Assembly (NCBI GenBank): GCA_035084275.1
Contig: CM068744.1
Coordinates: forward strand, 102,362,001-102,426,000
Origin: Hydrolagus colliei
Lineage: Eukaryota
DNA length: 64,000 nucleotides
Direction: 5' to 3'
Under the pieces are notes generated by a model. That model searched no databases. It was not told the origin of the DNA and saw only the letters and a program-made list of their open reading frames with translations. The first letter of the stretch is position 1, and the number at the start of each line of letters is the position of its first letter. Below are positions 1 through 12,045 of the stretch, piece after piece. Both the position numbers and the translations under genes were made by a program.

Positions 1-529
1 TTATACCGTAGTTGCTCATTTAATTCATGGCTCATCGATTTTTCTTCTGGTCAGCCTGACACTTGCAGAAACCCATCACCATGCTTAAGAGTATCCAAAC
101 CAAGCTGAGAGTTCTTTGCATCCCATCCACACATGGAAGTCCCAGAGATGGATTGTTGGATGTAGTGCCTTGGAATACTGCAGACCCACCTGCCTCAGGA
201 ACCGGACTAGAGATCATCACAGAAGGCTGGCTCGATTGTGACATTCTGTTGCCAGACATGTCACCTAGGAGCCAGTTCAGCACCAAGGAGACTAATTACA
301 CTGTAGTCAATAGCTTATTGACAGTGATGCTCATTGCTGCTCTCTTTAAAGTGTTGTTTTCTAGATGGAGCTATGAAAAACTATTTCTGTGTATTAATAT
401 ATCATGTTAGGGATTTCAATAGAAGTTCACTGGCGAAAAAAGTGCCCTTGACTTTAGCAGGAGAAATTCCACCTGGTCCTACCTGTTTTTTTTGAGGGAT
501 TATTATCAGACATGTTAATGGATCAGCTG

Positions 530-955
530 TTAACGGATCACCACACGGATCAACTTCAAGATTTTCACACCCGTGTTCAAATCCATTCACTCCCTGGCAC
601 CTCCCTGCCACTCCGACTTCCTCACTCTCCAATCCAATAGACAGTAACTCCGCTCGAATGGCACTGGTCTCCTGCTTGTCCCTCACACAGACTGTCCTGA
701 TCTCTTGCTTGTCCCTCACATCAGAGCTTCAAGCCGCTATGCCCAGAAACTCTGGAATACTCTCCCTCAATCCCTCCGCTTTGCTCCCTTTCTCCCCCTT
801 TTCAAGTCCTGCCTGAAAACTTTCCTCTTCGATCGTGCTTAAAGCCACCTCCCACCAACACCCCACCCCCACCAACCCCCAGCTAGGATTCAGGCTCATC
901 CACTGTTAAGTGCTCTGAGATGGAAGATGCTTTGTAAGTACAAGTTGTTGTTGTT
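530..955 (+). mobile_element. L2 LINE 3' fragment
   Basis: ctctggaatactctccctcaatccctccgc...ttcaagtcctgcctgaaaactttcctcttcga motif shared with other copies; (GTT)n tail. Confidence 0.75.
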
Positions 956-3900
956 AACGTGAGGTCTGTCTGCCTGATCAAATTTTGGACGGTTTGAATC
1001 ACAAAGAGAATAAATTAAATCCAAACGCAAATGGTATTTACGCGTCCCCAGCACGTTTCCCCTTTTAAAATATGATGAAGTGTGAGAGGAAAATAATTAA
1101 TTTCAGAAGAAATGTGTAAATTTATTCCAAGTAATTTATCTGAAAAGCCAAAGTGTTTGACATACTGTTTTTTGTGACAATGTAGCTGTGTGTATGTTGT
1201 TGATTTTCTAAAATAAAATGAGGGCTTGGCACCTTAAGTAGCATATCTGACACGTAATCCATTAGCCCATCAACCATTTTAAAATTGAATTTTTCATTCC
1301 AGCTTCGTGAGGTAAAATAGTGTGGCATTTAATTATCATGTCAATTTACATTGTTTTCAATTACATTCTATTCAATTAAAATATAATACAATTCCTGCCT
1401 CTGTCTAGTGATGGGATTTGAAATGAAAAGAATAGAATTTTCCTTGCCTTACGATGAGATGCTGGCCATCTTGAACTGCAATGGTATTTTTTAGATTGAC
1501 GCAAATCTCTGCCCAAAAGGAGGAAAAACAGACTTCAAGTGCAAAGAGCATGAAATAGCACTTTCATAGAAGGTATCAACAGTAAATGGCCAATAGCATT
1601 AAATCAGTCGAAGAGAATTTGACAGTTTCCTGGAGAATGTGGCAGTGAATTTATTTTCCCAATTAAATGTAATGACATTAGACTTGTGGACTCGGAATGG
1701 AAATATCCTCCCAAATTTTCGACCATGAGAAACAAAACGAATATCATCCCGTGATGATCCAGTAACTCTTTCAGCTTCCAGCTGTAAAGGTGCTACATCA
1801 ATTGCAAGGATTATTATTAAGATGCATATCTCAGATGTCAAAGAAAAATGGGTTCTCTCCACAAAGAATCCAAGTACTGTGGGGACCGTTACATTTCTAG
1901 ACAATAATACAATGGAGAAGATTTTCTGTTCCTTGTTAAATGTACCAATCTTGGCGAGCGAGGCGAACTTAATCTCAGCTGGTCAGTAAAATTACTGACC
2001 TTGGCAGTGTGAGCTATTAATGGGGAAATCAGAATAATGCAATTCACTGGCTGACTTTACTTCCAATTATACAGTTCCATCTCAGGAAGTCCCCATTGAC
2101 TTCAGAGCTGCAAGGCATGATATGAGCAACAACACTTTGATTAAGCAATAAATCGAGAACGGCCAGAGTCTAGCAATAAGTGTCTCCCGTAAGTTGACTA
2201 AAAACCGTTCCATCTACCAATGCATTTATTAGTTAGCGGCAAGCAGTTTCTGCAAGAACAAACAGTACTTTAGATTTTTTCACATATGGACCTGATTTCT
2301 TTACTTCACTAACAAACTGTGAACTCAAAAATACGAGTTCAAAGGGAGGTTACCGAACTGTAAAAGAGAAGATGAGACGAAATGGAATAGAGGGAAGAAA
2401 AAGCGTGCTCTTCAACATTGCCTTATCATGATGAAACACCTCACGGGTGATTACCGCAAAGCATGGTGACTTTCTTTATAGACAAATATGGCAGCGATTT
2501 GCACACAGCAAGGTTCCATGTATCGCCACGAGGTGATTATAAACTAAAAGATTGTTGGGCCAGAACATTGGGAGAAACTCCCCTTCTCTTTTTGAAGAGT
2601 TTCACAGGATCTATAAGTTTACATCAGGATACAGAGCAATTCTCAATGTCTGGTATAACAAACCTAATTTCACATTACTGTATATTGACTTTAGAAAAAT
2701 CGAGTTGTATTTCTTTCGAAAAGGGGGAAAAAAATGTTGTTCAATTGATGATTCATTTCTCAACATTAATAAAATTCATAAGGTACCAGATACTGTAGTA
2801 TAATTTGATGAATCATATTCTTCAAGGGACAGCGTCTGCCTGAAATGACAATGTACCATAGTCTATCCGGGAGATTTGAAACATCTGCAGGGGTGAAATA
2901 CCACTTAGTGTTGGGTTGAAGGCATTACTAAGGTAGAATGTAATTTATGAGTGCAGAATCTTTACATGTTGTCGCAAATAATCTCAATTTTAACCAAGAT
3001 ATTTGGCCCTTTATTTTTAGTACTGTACACCTTTAATTTTTACACTGACTTGACTTTGAAATGACTTGGAAAATTTATGGAAAATTTAATTTCTATAGCT
3101 GCTCACGGCACCAATAATGTGTAATTTCAATAAAGCCTTGGGCAAATGTTAAGATTATTCTTGATAATTTCTTTGTCCAGAGATTACTCATTGGTTGCGA
3201 TGTGATTGAATCATCTGTGAGGAGATTAATTTAAAATTTATAAATCTATTTGACATGAATATAACATGCATAAAAAGCCTGTGGAGTGACAGTGGAGTCT
3301 TGCAGCTAGAGCAAGAGCACTCTCCTTTCAAACAAGAGGACATAGGTCAGATTTCTGCTGGGCCGAAACGTTGGACAAGTTTCCTTACTCTATTTGCCTC
3401 TGTTTGCAGAGTAGGAACCCAGTTGTTAGGCAATTAGCAGATTATTTTTCTGGGAGTAATAATTCCTTAAAAAAAAAGCTACTTCACTGAATCCACGACT
3501 GTTTGTGGGACACTGCTGGGTAAAATTGGCTGGCTCCTCAGATCTCTACTCCAAATCTCTGATCTGCACAGCTGCTTCTCGAGATCAGCTGCCGGCAGCT
3601 AACAAATAAAATAAAATAAAATTTAATAAAGACACAGGAAACTGGCTTGTTGTGTTGAGCATTCCTCTACTAACATTTGCATTCCTTGCATGAAGTTTGA
3701 CTCTGGATATTGCTTTGCTATGCATAATTTCACAGCTGATCTGGATGAGTGATGTATGGATCAGAAATCGGGAGTGAGACAGTTTACACTCACAGCAATG
3801 CCGTTTAAAGAATTTGGTGTATTATAATGCATTCCTTGTGGTAATTAAACTAGGAAGTCCTTCCGATGTGAAAGGCGTACTATAAATGTCAATTTGTTGT

Positions 3901-4913
3901 TGTTTGTTGTTGTTGAATGTGCACATTTTACTCCATACCTCATTCAAGGTTCATCTCAAGACCTACCACTTTGGTCATGAGTTTGGTCATCTTTCCTCTC
4001 CCAATGCCGCTTGGCTCCCACCCCTAACTCAACAACAACAACAACATCAATAACAATAAATTACATTTATATAGTGCCTTTTACGACGGAACGGCATCCT
4101 AAGGCTCGGGCACCAAGCCAGGACCGTTGAGTGCCTTGGGACATCCTCCTGGCATGAAAGGCGCAATATCAATGTAAATTTGTATTGTGATCTGTACTGC
4201 ATCATTTCCAAAGTGCTTATTATTCCTGTTCCTGGGGACAGCCAGACAGCCATCTTTATTTTCTCATGGCTCCTGCCTGTCACTTTCCTTCATCTTCAGG
4301 CTTGTATTACGGGCAAACTTTCAAGGTCTTTTTTTACATTGGTGTTTGGATTTATAGGTACAGCTGCCTTAGCGCAGATACCGTAAAGCCATTGCGAATG
4401 ACAACATTTAGTTGGGAGAAATCCAAACCCTTTCTCTCTTCTTTTTCATGAGAATCTCTGTTTGTACGAATTAGTTTCTCCAATGAAACACAATATTGCT
4501 GTCACTTTGAGTTTCGATGCTTTCTTCTACAGTTTACTCCAAGCTGTGAGACGCACTTGTCAGTGAAGGTCAACTGGTTCATTAGGAGTTATTAGTTTGG
4601 TAAACTGGTAATACTTTGCTCTAATTGTGTACCCCTGGCGATAAATTATCATGTGGGAATTAACGCCATAATGAATTTACACCAATGGCTGTAATGCCCA
4701 CTATTTACATATATATTACATCTGAAAGTAACTCGCTGCCTCCAAGTCCCTCTTGGGGTCCTGAAAATGTTTGAACTCCCAAAATACTTAACAGGAAATG
4801 ACGATTGCACCCAGGCTCAGAGGCAGTGCCGGGAGCTACAAGAATATTTCCCCCAAGTGTTAAAGGAATGAGCTACAAGCTACTCAAAGCTACTAGACAA
4901 AGCTCGGACTCTT

Positions 4914-5685
4914 CATGAGAACATAAGAACATAAGAATTAGGAGCAGGAGTAGGCATTCGGCCCTTCGAGCCTGCTCCGCCATTCAATAAGATCATGGCT
5001 GATCTTCTCACCGAACTCTGATTACCTGCCCTATCCCCATATCCCCTGGTCCCTCTATTTTTCAAATATCTATCAGTCTCAGCCTTGAAAATGTTCAAGG
5101 ACTGAGCATCTACAGTCTTGTGGGGTAGTGAATTCAATAAATTCACTACCCTCTGAGTGAAGAAATGTTTCCTCAACTCTGTTCTAAAAGGCTGACCCTT
5201 AATTTTAAGACTGTCACCCCTGGTTATAGATTCTCCTACCAGGGGAAACAGTCCCTCAGTGCCTAGTTTATCCAGCCCTTTAAGAATCTTATATGTTTCA
5301 ATAAGATCCCCCCTAATTCTTCTGTACTCTAGAGAATACAGCCCTAGTTTATTCAACCTATCCTCATAGGTCAGTCCCCTTATCCCAGGAACTAACCTAG
5401 TGATTTTACGCTGCACCCCCTCTAAGGCAAGTATGTCCTTTTTTTAAATAAGGAGACCAAAACTGCACACAATACTCTAGGTGCGGTCTCACCAGGGCCC
5501 TATACAGTTGCAGCAAGACTTCCCTACTCTTATACTCTAAACCTTTTGAAATGAATGCTAGCATGCCATTCGCCTTCTTAGTTGCTTGCTGCACCTGCAA
5601 ACTAACTTTTTGGGACCGGTGTACAAGGACACCCAAATCCCTTTGAATACTAACACTATCTAACTTCTCCCCCTCTAGAAAATCA
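4914..5685 (-). mobile_element. CR1 LINE 3' fragment (ORF2 C-terminus plus 3' UTR)
   Basis: ORFs 5406-5636 and 4913-5416 give LYRALVRPHLEYCVQFWSPY and LGLYSLEYRRIRGDLIETYKIL...FFTQRVVNL, typical of CR1 ORF2; frameshifted; (TTCTTATG)n-type tail. Confidence 0.95.
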
Positions 5686-5689
5686 TCTT

Positions 5690-6040
5690 TTCAGTCTGGA
5701 AAGAAAATGTTTCAGAGGGGATGTTATCGAGGTGTATGTCATTTTAAATGGGATTATGAAAGTAAACCAAGAGCAATGCTTTCAAATGCACCAAATCAGT
5801 AGAACACGAGTACATTAATTTAAAGATTGCAAGGGCAATTTCAGGACAGATACTCGGACATTTTTTTCTACCCAGAGGATAATTATTGACTGAACAGGTT
5901 GCTGGGCAGACGGTTGAAGTCAGGATATTGGACTTATTTAAAAATAGCTTAATGGGAGCTTAGTGGGTTCGTATTCTGAAGCGATGAGATCAAGTGGGGC
6001 ACAACGGCATGCTTCATCCAAGCCAATCTTGTGATATAAC
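5690..6040 (+). mobile_element. Old degenerate CR1 3' fragment
   Basis: agaggggatgttatcgaggtgtat (RGD.IEVY-like) and ttttctacccagagg motifs. Confidence 0.55.
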
Positions 6041-6143
6041 TATGGTTGCAGTTAATATGGTTAAATTGGAGAAGAGGAGAAGAGAAAAAAGAAGTAGATG
6101 AGGGGAGAGGGAAAAAAACATTTCAGGCTGACTGAACTATATA

Positions 6144-6505
6144 CAGTAAAACCTTGTTTATCCGGTACCCAACCAACCGGCATTCTCAACCAACTGGTAT
6201 CTCCCAATTGTATTGGGAGATCTGGGACCCTCACGGTATGCTCACTTTGCATATGCGCACTTATTAAACTTACCAAACTCTGGAATGCTTTTTTACCGAT
6301 CATTTTAGCGAGTGTGCTGAATTGCTTTATTGGTAAGTATCCATACAATATTCTGTGATTATTTAGTCTACTATTAATATGTATGTGTTAAAATAAGTAA
6401 ATTTTTTGTGAGGGATTTTCGGCAACTTGCCGCTTGAATATCCGGCATATTTAATTAACCGGCACCAGTCAGGTCCAAGAGTGCCGGATAACGAAGGTTT
6501 TACTG
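6144..6505. mobile_element. Tc1/mariner (pogo/Tigger-like) MITE
   Basis: 25-bp TIRs CAGTAAAACCTTGTTTATCCGGTAC / CAGTAAAACCTTCGTTATCCGGCAC (22/25), flanked by TA on both sides. Confidence 0.9.
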
Positions 6506-7772
6506 TACTTGCCATCAATGAATGAATCAATGAATCAATGAATGAATTAATGAATCAATCAATCAAAACTTACATTTATATAGCACCTTTCCACGTCGAG
6601 AGGACGTCCCAAGGTGCTGTACAGTTAGGTAGGGACAAGAGCAGAGGGGTCGGGGCAGGATGAAGAAGAGTAGGAAAATTGACTGTATATTTGTAAGCAA
6701 AATGCAGGAAAGAATTTTTTTTGAGGCAATAAATCCACTTCACCAACATACTGCTACGGTGTGAAGCAGCATCTACAAACAAACGTATTGTTAAAGGAAA
6801 GACTGCAGGATATCCTGAGTTTCTTGTGGGAGAACTAACAAGTTGCAAAAGGCTGCAAGGCTTATCTCGGGTGGAATATCAAAACCGCACCATCTGGACA
6901 CAAAACACCACCCAGAAAAATACTTAAGAGAAAGTCACACTTGATATTCCAATTAGGGAATAATGATCACACAGCCACCATCAAGGCTGCTGCAGAGTCT
7001 GCTAAACAACAAACAGTATTTGGGTTATTTGGAATCATAACTTCACACACAAGAACCTACAGAAAAGCTACTTCGCACTTACGACTGAACTCAACAATTT
7101 GTCAATTCTGAATCTCTAAATATCGTTTAAAAATAGAATGAATGTGCACCCAATGTGAAAGCACAACCCCATGTGAAGGGAGCTATATAAATGTAAGTTG
7201 TTGATGCGGTTTAGTTTTTTCCCATATATTCTGTCAAACATATGGGTTTAAGAAATTGACTAATCATAGCATTATCTGCTATTTCACTGTTTAGTCTCAA
7301 TAGTTTTCTGTATTGTTTTCGGCTGGCTTGAGTATGAATTAGTCCCAGGAATTTCTGGCTATATGTGTGCTTTTATGCTAAGAAAAATCTATAATAATAA
7401 TTATTATATGCAGAGTCAATTATGAAGCGCTTTGAGGAGTCTAGAAGATGTTGTATCAAATGCAAGGATTATTATTAATTATTATAGATTATTATTAAAG
7501 AAAAATCTCAATCCAGGCAATCTTCTCAGGTATGACAAATTACAATTTGTCAAAAAGAAATTGTCAAAAAAAAACTCAATATCTGTCCCCCCTTTGTCAG
7601 CGAGATGACCTAATTCAATCTGTATGTAAATTCCTATTTATTTGAAGCAAATCAAAGATTGGTTCTCCTACAAGCTTGAACTAGTCTGAAATCTTCTGGA
7701 ATTAAAGATAGACTTTCTGTGGAATTTGAGCAACTTTAAAATTGACAGGTAAAGGAAAGATAAAAGATAACA

Positions 7773-8009
7773 GGCCTGAAAATTCACCTGGTCTTAGCCT
7801 TAAAACTATTTTGTCTTCAAAAAATTTAAGATCTTGCAGGATTGTAGAAAATTCCTAAATCCATTCCTAGTTTGGAAACTGGTTCCTTTTGAGAATGACA
7901 GAAAAAACAGCGTCTAAATTAAGGTTGAATTTAACTTTCCACCATTCTGCAGTCTTAAAATTTAGGACAAATTATCTACGTGGCTAAGACTAGGTGGAAT
8001 GTCAGGTTC
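7773..8009. mobile_element. Old palindromic MITE, unclassified (possibly PIF/Harbinger)
   Basis: cctgaaaattcacctggtcttagcc matches the reverse complement of ggctaagactaggtggaatgtcagg; degenerate arms extend about 90 bp. Confidence 0.6.
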
Positions 8010-8232
8010 AATGTGTATACTGGGAAAGCACTTGCCTGAGTTAGATACAATTTAAGCTTGCATTAGAGAGTACAGTATATGTAATCACTGACTGGTATAT
8101 AACCTAGAATTAATTTAGATGGGTAAACTATTTATCTCTGAACAATATGTTTTGCCACAGTGAATATTTGCTTAAAATTCCTTACTTTGGAATCCACCAA
8201 GGCTATGGCTAGGATCACAAGCTTTTTAAAAT

Positions 8233-8518
8233 CATAATAATAATAATCCTTGCTTTTGATGTAGCGCGTTTCACGTCTTCTAGATGTCTCAAAGTGCTTC
8301 AGAAAATATACTATAAAGTGAAGTGACTGTATATTTGTGGGCAAAATGCAGCAGCCAATTGTGCACGGCAGTGTCCCACAAACAGTCTTGGATTGAAATG
8401 AGTAATAATTATCAGGCGTGTGGGTAAGGAAACTTGCCCAAGATTTTGCCGTGTCTGGAATTAAACCCAGGTCTCTCGCTTTCAAGGTGAGTGATCTACC
8501 TACTGAGCTACAGGACAT
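8233..8518 (-). mobile_element. tRNA-derived SINE with Deu-like core and (ATT)n tail
   Basis: Head tcctgtagctcagt, core ctgtttgtgggacactg..gtgcacaattggctgc, tail atcaaaagcaaggattattatt; same family as 42672. Confidence 0.85.
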
Positions 8519-8689
8519 TATACAAGTGTAGCTTCAGCATGTGACAAAATAACTCCCATACTCTACTTTAAAGGGCCAGAGAATTTACAGCAGGAAAAGT
8601 GTCAACCGTTCATTGGTCAATTCCGTTAAGAAACCATAAATTAACTAACAAGATTAGTTTATTGCTGTTAGTTTACTGCTGTGAAATCA

Positions 8690-9052
8690 GATCATAGAAT
8701 CATAGAATCTTATGGCACAAAGGAGGCCATTCGGCCCATCGAGTTTGTGCCGGCTCTTTAAAAAGAGCAATTTAATCCCACTCGCCAGCTCTCTCCCCAT
8801 AACCCCGCAAACCCATCCTCCCCAAATAAATGTCTACCTCTCTTTCAAAAGTTTTTATCGAATCGGCCTCCACCACCTTTTCAGGCAACGGATTCCAGAT
8901 TCGAACTACTCGCTGAGTGAAAAAATTTCTCCTCACCTCCCCTCTGCTTCTTTTCGAAACTGTTTGGAATCTGTGACCACGAGTCACTGATATACCCACC
9001 AGTGGAAACAGTTTTCCCTTGTTTAATCTGTCGAATCCCCTCATCATCTTAA
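8690..9052 (-). mobile_element. CR1 LINE 3' fragment
   Basis: ORF 8772-9047 TRGHRF...RRNFFTQRVVRIWNPLP; (ATTCTATG)n tail. Confidence 0.92.
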
Positions 9053-9794
9053 AAATACCCTATGTATATTATCTTTAAGCAGAAAGCAATATTGAAACAT
9101 TTGCTGGGCAACAATCGATCTTCCAGACATGGTACATGAACATTTCAATGCAGAAGCAGAATTTAAAATCTGAACTCCATCAAAGTTCAGATTTTATAAT
9201 CTTAACGTAGGTTTTTAAGATTGTCTAAGAAGTGAAAACAGGCTTAGTTTTGAAGCCGTTTATCTGCCGTTCTTAAAATCTATAGAACACTTGCTTCAAT
9301 ATGAAGGCTGCATTTAAGAATATTTAAGAATTTGCAAACTTCTAAAACGCTCTAAAGTTCTATGTTAAAAGAATAAATTTAGATCCATGCGCAAGTTATC
9401 CTCGTTTGTTTTAGCTACTCTGCCCGAAATGACAGGATGTGATGTTGTAGGTGGCTAGTTCACTGAGTACAGCCATCTGCAGCTGATATAAAGGAAATTA
9501 TTTATGTTTCCTTTCATTTATTTTTAGACGCTTTCAAGATGAAACGTAGATATTGAATGGCTTCACTGAACACTTCTTTGCAATGATCTGGAAACCTTTA
9601 GTCAATCATCAATAAGCAAATTCAAATTTAAGTCTGAATTAGTATATTTTCTTGCATGTATTCACATAAAAAAAATCTATCTGCTCTTTTCTAATCTATC
9701 TGCATAATTAGATCCAGATCCTCTTTATGGTAACTTATTAATTTTAATATGTGTTCGAATGTATTTGTTTTAACTCATCAGAACAAAATAGAAC

Positions 9795-11175
9795 AATAAC
9801 AACATCAACCTCATTTATATAGCATCCTCCATTTCAGACGGTGTCTCAGAGTCCTTAACAATGTCAGAGCCCAAGCCCGAGCCGGGGGAAGGGACAGGTA
9901 ACAGTAAACACAGTCGAAGAGAAAGGTCTTCAAGCATGACCTGCAGGTTGGGAAGGAGTGGGTGTGGCGGAGGTGTTAGGGGGAGGGAGTTCCAAAGTTT
10001 CATGGCGAAGTGGCTGAAAGCACAGCCTGCCGATGGTGGAGCCGAGGATTCAACAACAACAACAACAACTTTGATTTATATAGCGCCCTCCACGCCGGAC
10101 GGCGTCTCAGAGCGCTGGGGACAAGGAGGTGGCTGGACCCAGTAGAGCAGAGGCGGTGGGTACTGCTGTGAGCAGAGAGGAGGTTACAGAGTTAGGGGAG
10201 TGCCAAGGGATTTAAACGCTAGAGTGAGGACCTTGAAGTCGATCTCCGCTCTGTGACAGGGAGCCAGTGCAGTTTGTCAAGGACTGGGGTAATCGGGGTG
10301 CGAAGTTTGGTGTGGGTGAGAATGCGGGTGGCGGAGTTTTGAATGAGGTGAATCTTGTGGATGGTGATGTGGGGGAGACCATCGAGGAGGGTGTTGGAGT
10401 AGTCCAGCATTGAGGTGATAAAGGCATGGACCAGGGTTTTGGCAGTTGTTGGGGTGAGGTGTTGACAGAGACGGGCAATGTGGCAGAGATGGAAGAAAGC
10501 TGTGCTGGTGAGGGACCGGATGTGGGGGGGAGGAAAAATACTGGGGATCCAACCTGATGCTAATGTTCAGAGAGTTTTAAGGACCGTTCGGATAGGTACA
10601 GGAGACATGGGACAGGAAACGTTGACGGGAGCCAAAGAGTATGGCTTCCGTCCTGTTGATGTTTAACTGCAGGAAATTTGCACTCATCCAGCTCCTGATA
10701 TGCGACACGCAGGCTGACAGACCTTCAGGGGACTGGAGTTCACAACTGGAGGTGGAAACATAGAGTTGGGTGTCATCCACATACATGACGTCACCAAGAG
10801 CGAACATGTAGGTTAGAAAGAGAAGGAGACCAAGGATGGCGTATGGCGTTCCTGTAGCTCAGTGGTTAGACCACTCGCCTTGGGTTCAATTTCAAGCAGC
10901 AACAACAACAACAACAAAATTACATTTATAGAACGCCTTTCAAGTCGGGGGACGTCCCAAGGCACTGAACAGTTAGTTCGGTACCCAAGCGGATGTGGGT
11001 GGTGGGGTGGGGGGGGCAGAGGGGAAGGAGAATAGGAGATGGGGGAGAGTTAGGAGGGGAGTAGAAGGCACAGTCGAAGAGGAAGGTCTTGAGACCGACC
11101 TTAAAAGAGGAGAGGGAGGAAGCGAGGCGAAGGGGTTGCAAGATGGAGTTCCACAGTGTGGGGGCAGAGAAGCTT
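9795..11175 (-). mobile_element. Cluster of three L2 fragments (about 9795-10045, 10052-10835, 10898-11175) plus a SINE head at about 10843-10890
   Basis: RT motifs YVDDTQLY and LQLNINRTEAILFG; LDYSNTLL..IQNSATRILT..ITPVLDKLHWLP; three (CAA)n tails. Confidence 0.9.
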
Positions 11176-11739
11176 AACATTTGTAAGTAAATTATATGGT
11201 AAGTCTTTCATTTAGTTATGCCCCCAAATATTTCCGACTGATTTCTTCCTTTCAGATCATGTAAACTATTCTTCATAGTATTAATATTAATGATTATTCC
11301 TCTGGGTGCGTATTAATAGCATTGCCTTTAATTCTCTCAGACAATTTCTTTACTGGACATGTTGGCATAATTTAAATAGTTGATATTGGTGCTGAGTAAA
11401 AAAAAAACACATGGGGAAATAAAGACTCAATTCTACAGCACTAACACTTTCAATTTTACGAACAGAAAATAAAAAAAAATCTTTACTTTCATTGTTGGAT
11501 CAATCTCTGTTATCTCTTGGTTGACTGTCAACTATTACAAGAGAAATTGATTCCTTACAATCTCCAGTTTCCAGTGGACATGATCTGGAACCTGATAGAG
11601 CAATCAATTCAGTACAAGATAGTACCATTGCAAACACACTCAAAGGTAATAGCTTACTCTGGGTGATCCCCCCCACACTTCATCTCAATAATTAGCCATA
11701 ATCGCTGCATTCGATATAATGCTTATAACATGAAAATAT

Positions 11740-12045
11740 ACAAAAGTGTTTCATACAGCTTACTGAAAGGTGCAGTGACTGTGCAAACTGCCATGACACG
11801 TGTCTGGAGGATTGTGGGCCAGCATCCTAACAGAAACTCCCTATGCTTTTTGAATAAAGCCATTAGATTTGTAATTGTCACCTGAATAGGCAGGTGTCTC
11901 GTTCAAAGGAAAGCACCTCCGTTAACACACAGTTCCCCAACAATGCGTTGGAGCGTCAGCCTCGACTTTAATGTACTGCTCAATGTACCAATGGCGGGTT
12001 TGAACACACGACCTTTGTGACCCACAAGAAGAATATTACCAACTG
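11740..12045 (-). mobile_element. Old DeuSINE (SacSINE1-like)
   Basis: Reverse complement shows a tRNA-like head (gtcgtgtgttcaaacc), ggctgacgctccaacgca, ggaggtgctttcc and cctattcaggtga motifs, shared with the 25715 copy. Confidence 0.6.

Noticed and set aside
276-296. RE1/NRSE-like TTCAGCACCaaGGAGActaat
   Set aside because: Left half-site is good but the right half diverges from GGACAGCGCC, it is over 21 kb from the putative promoter, and conservation cannot be checked. Similar half-sites occur in L2 tails.
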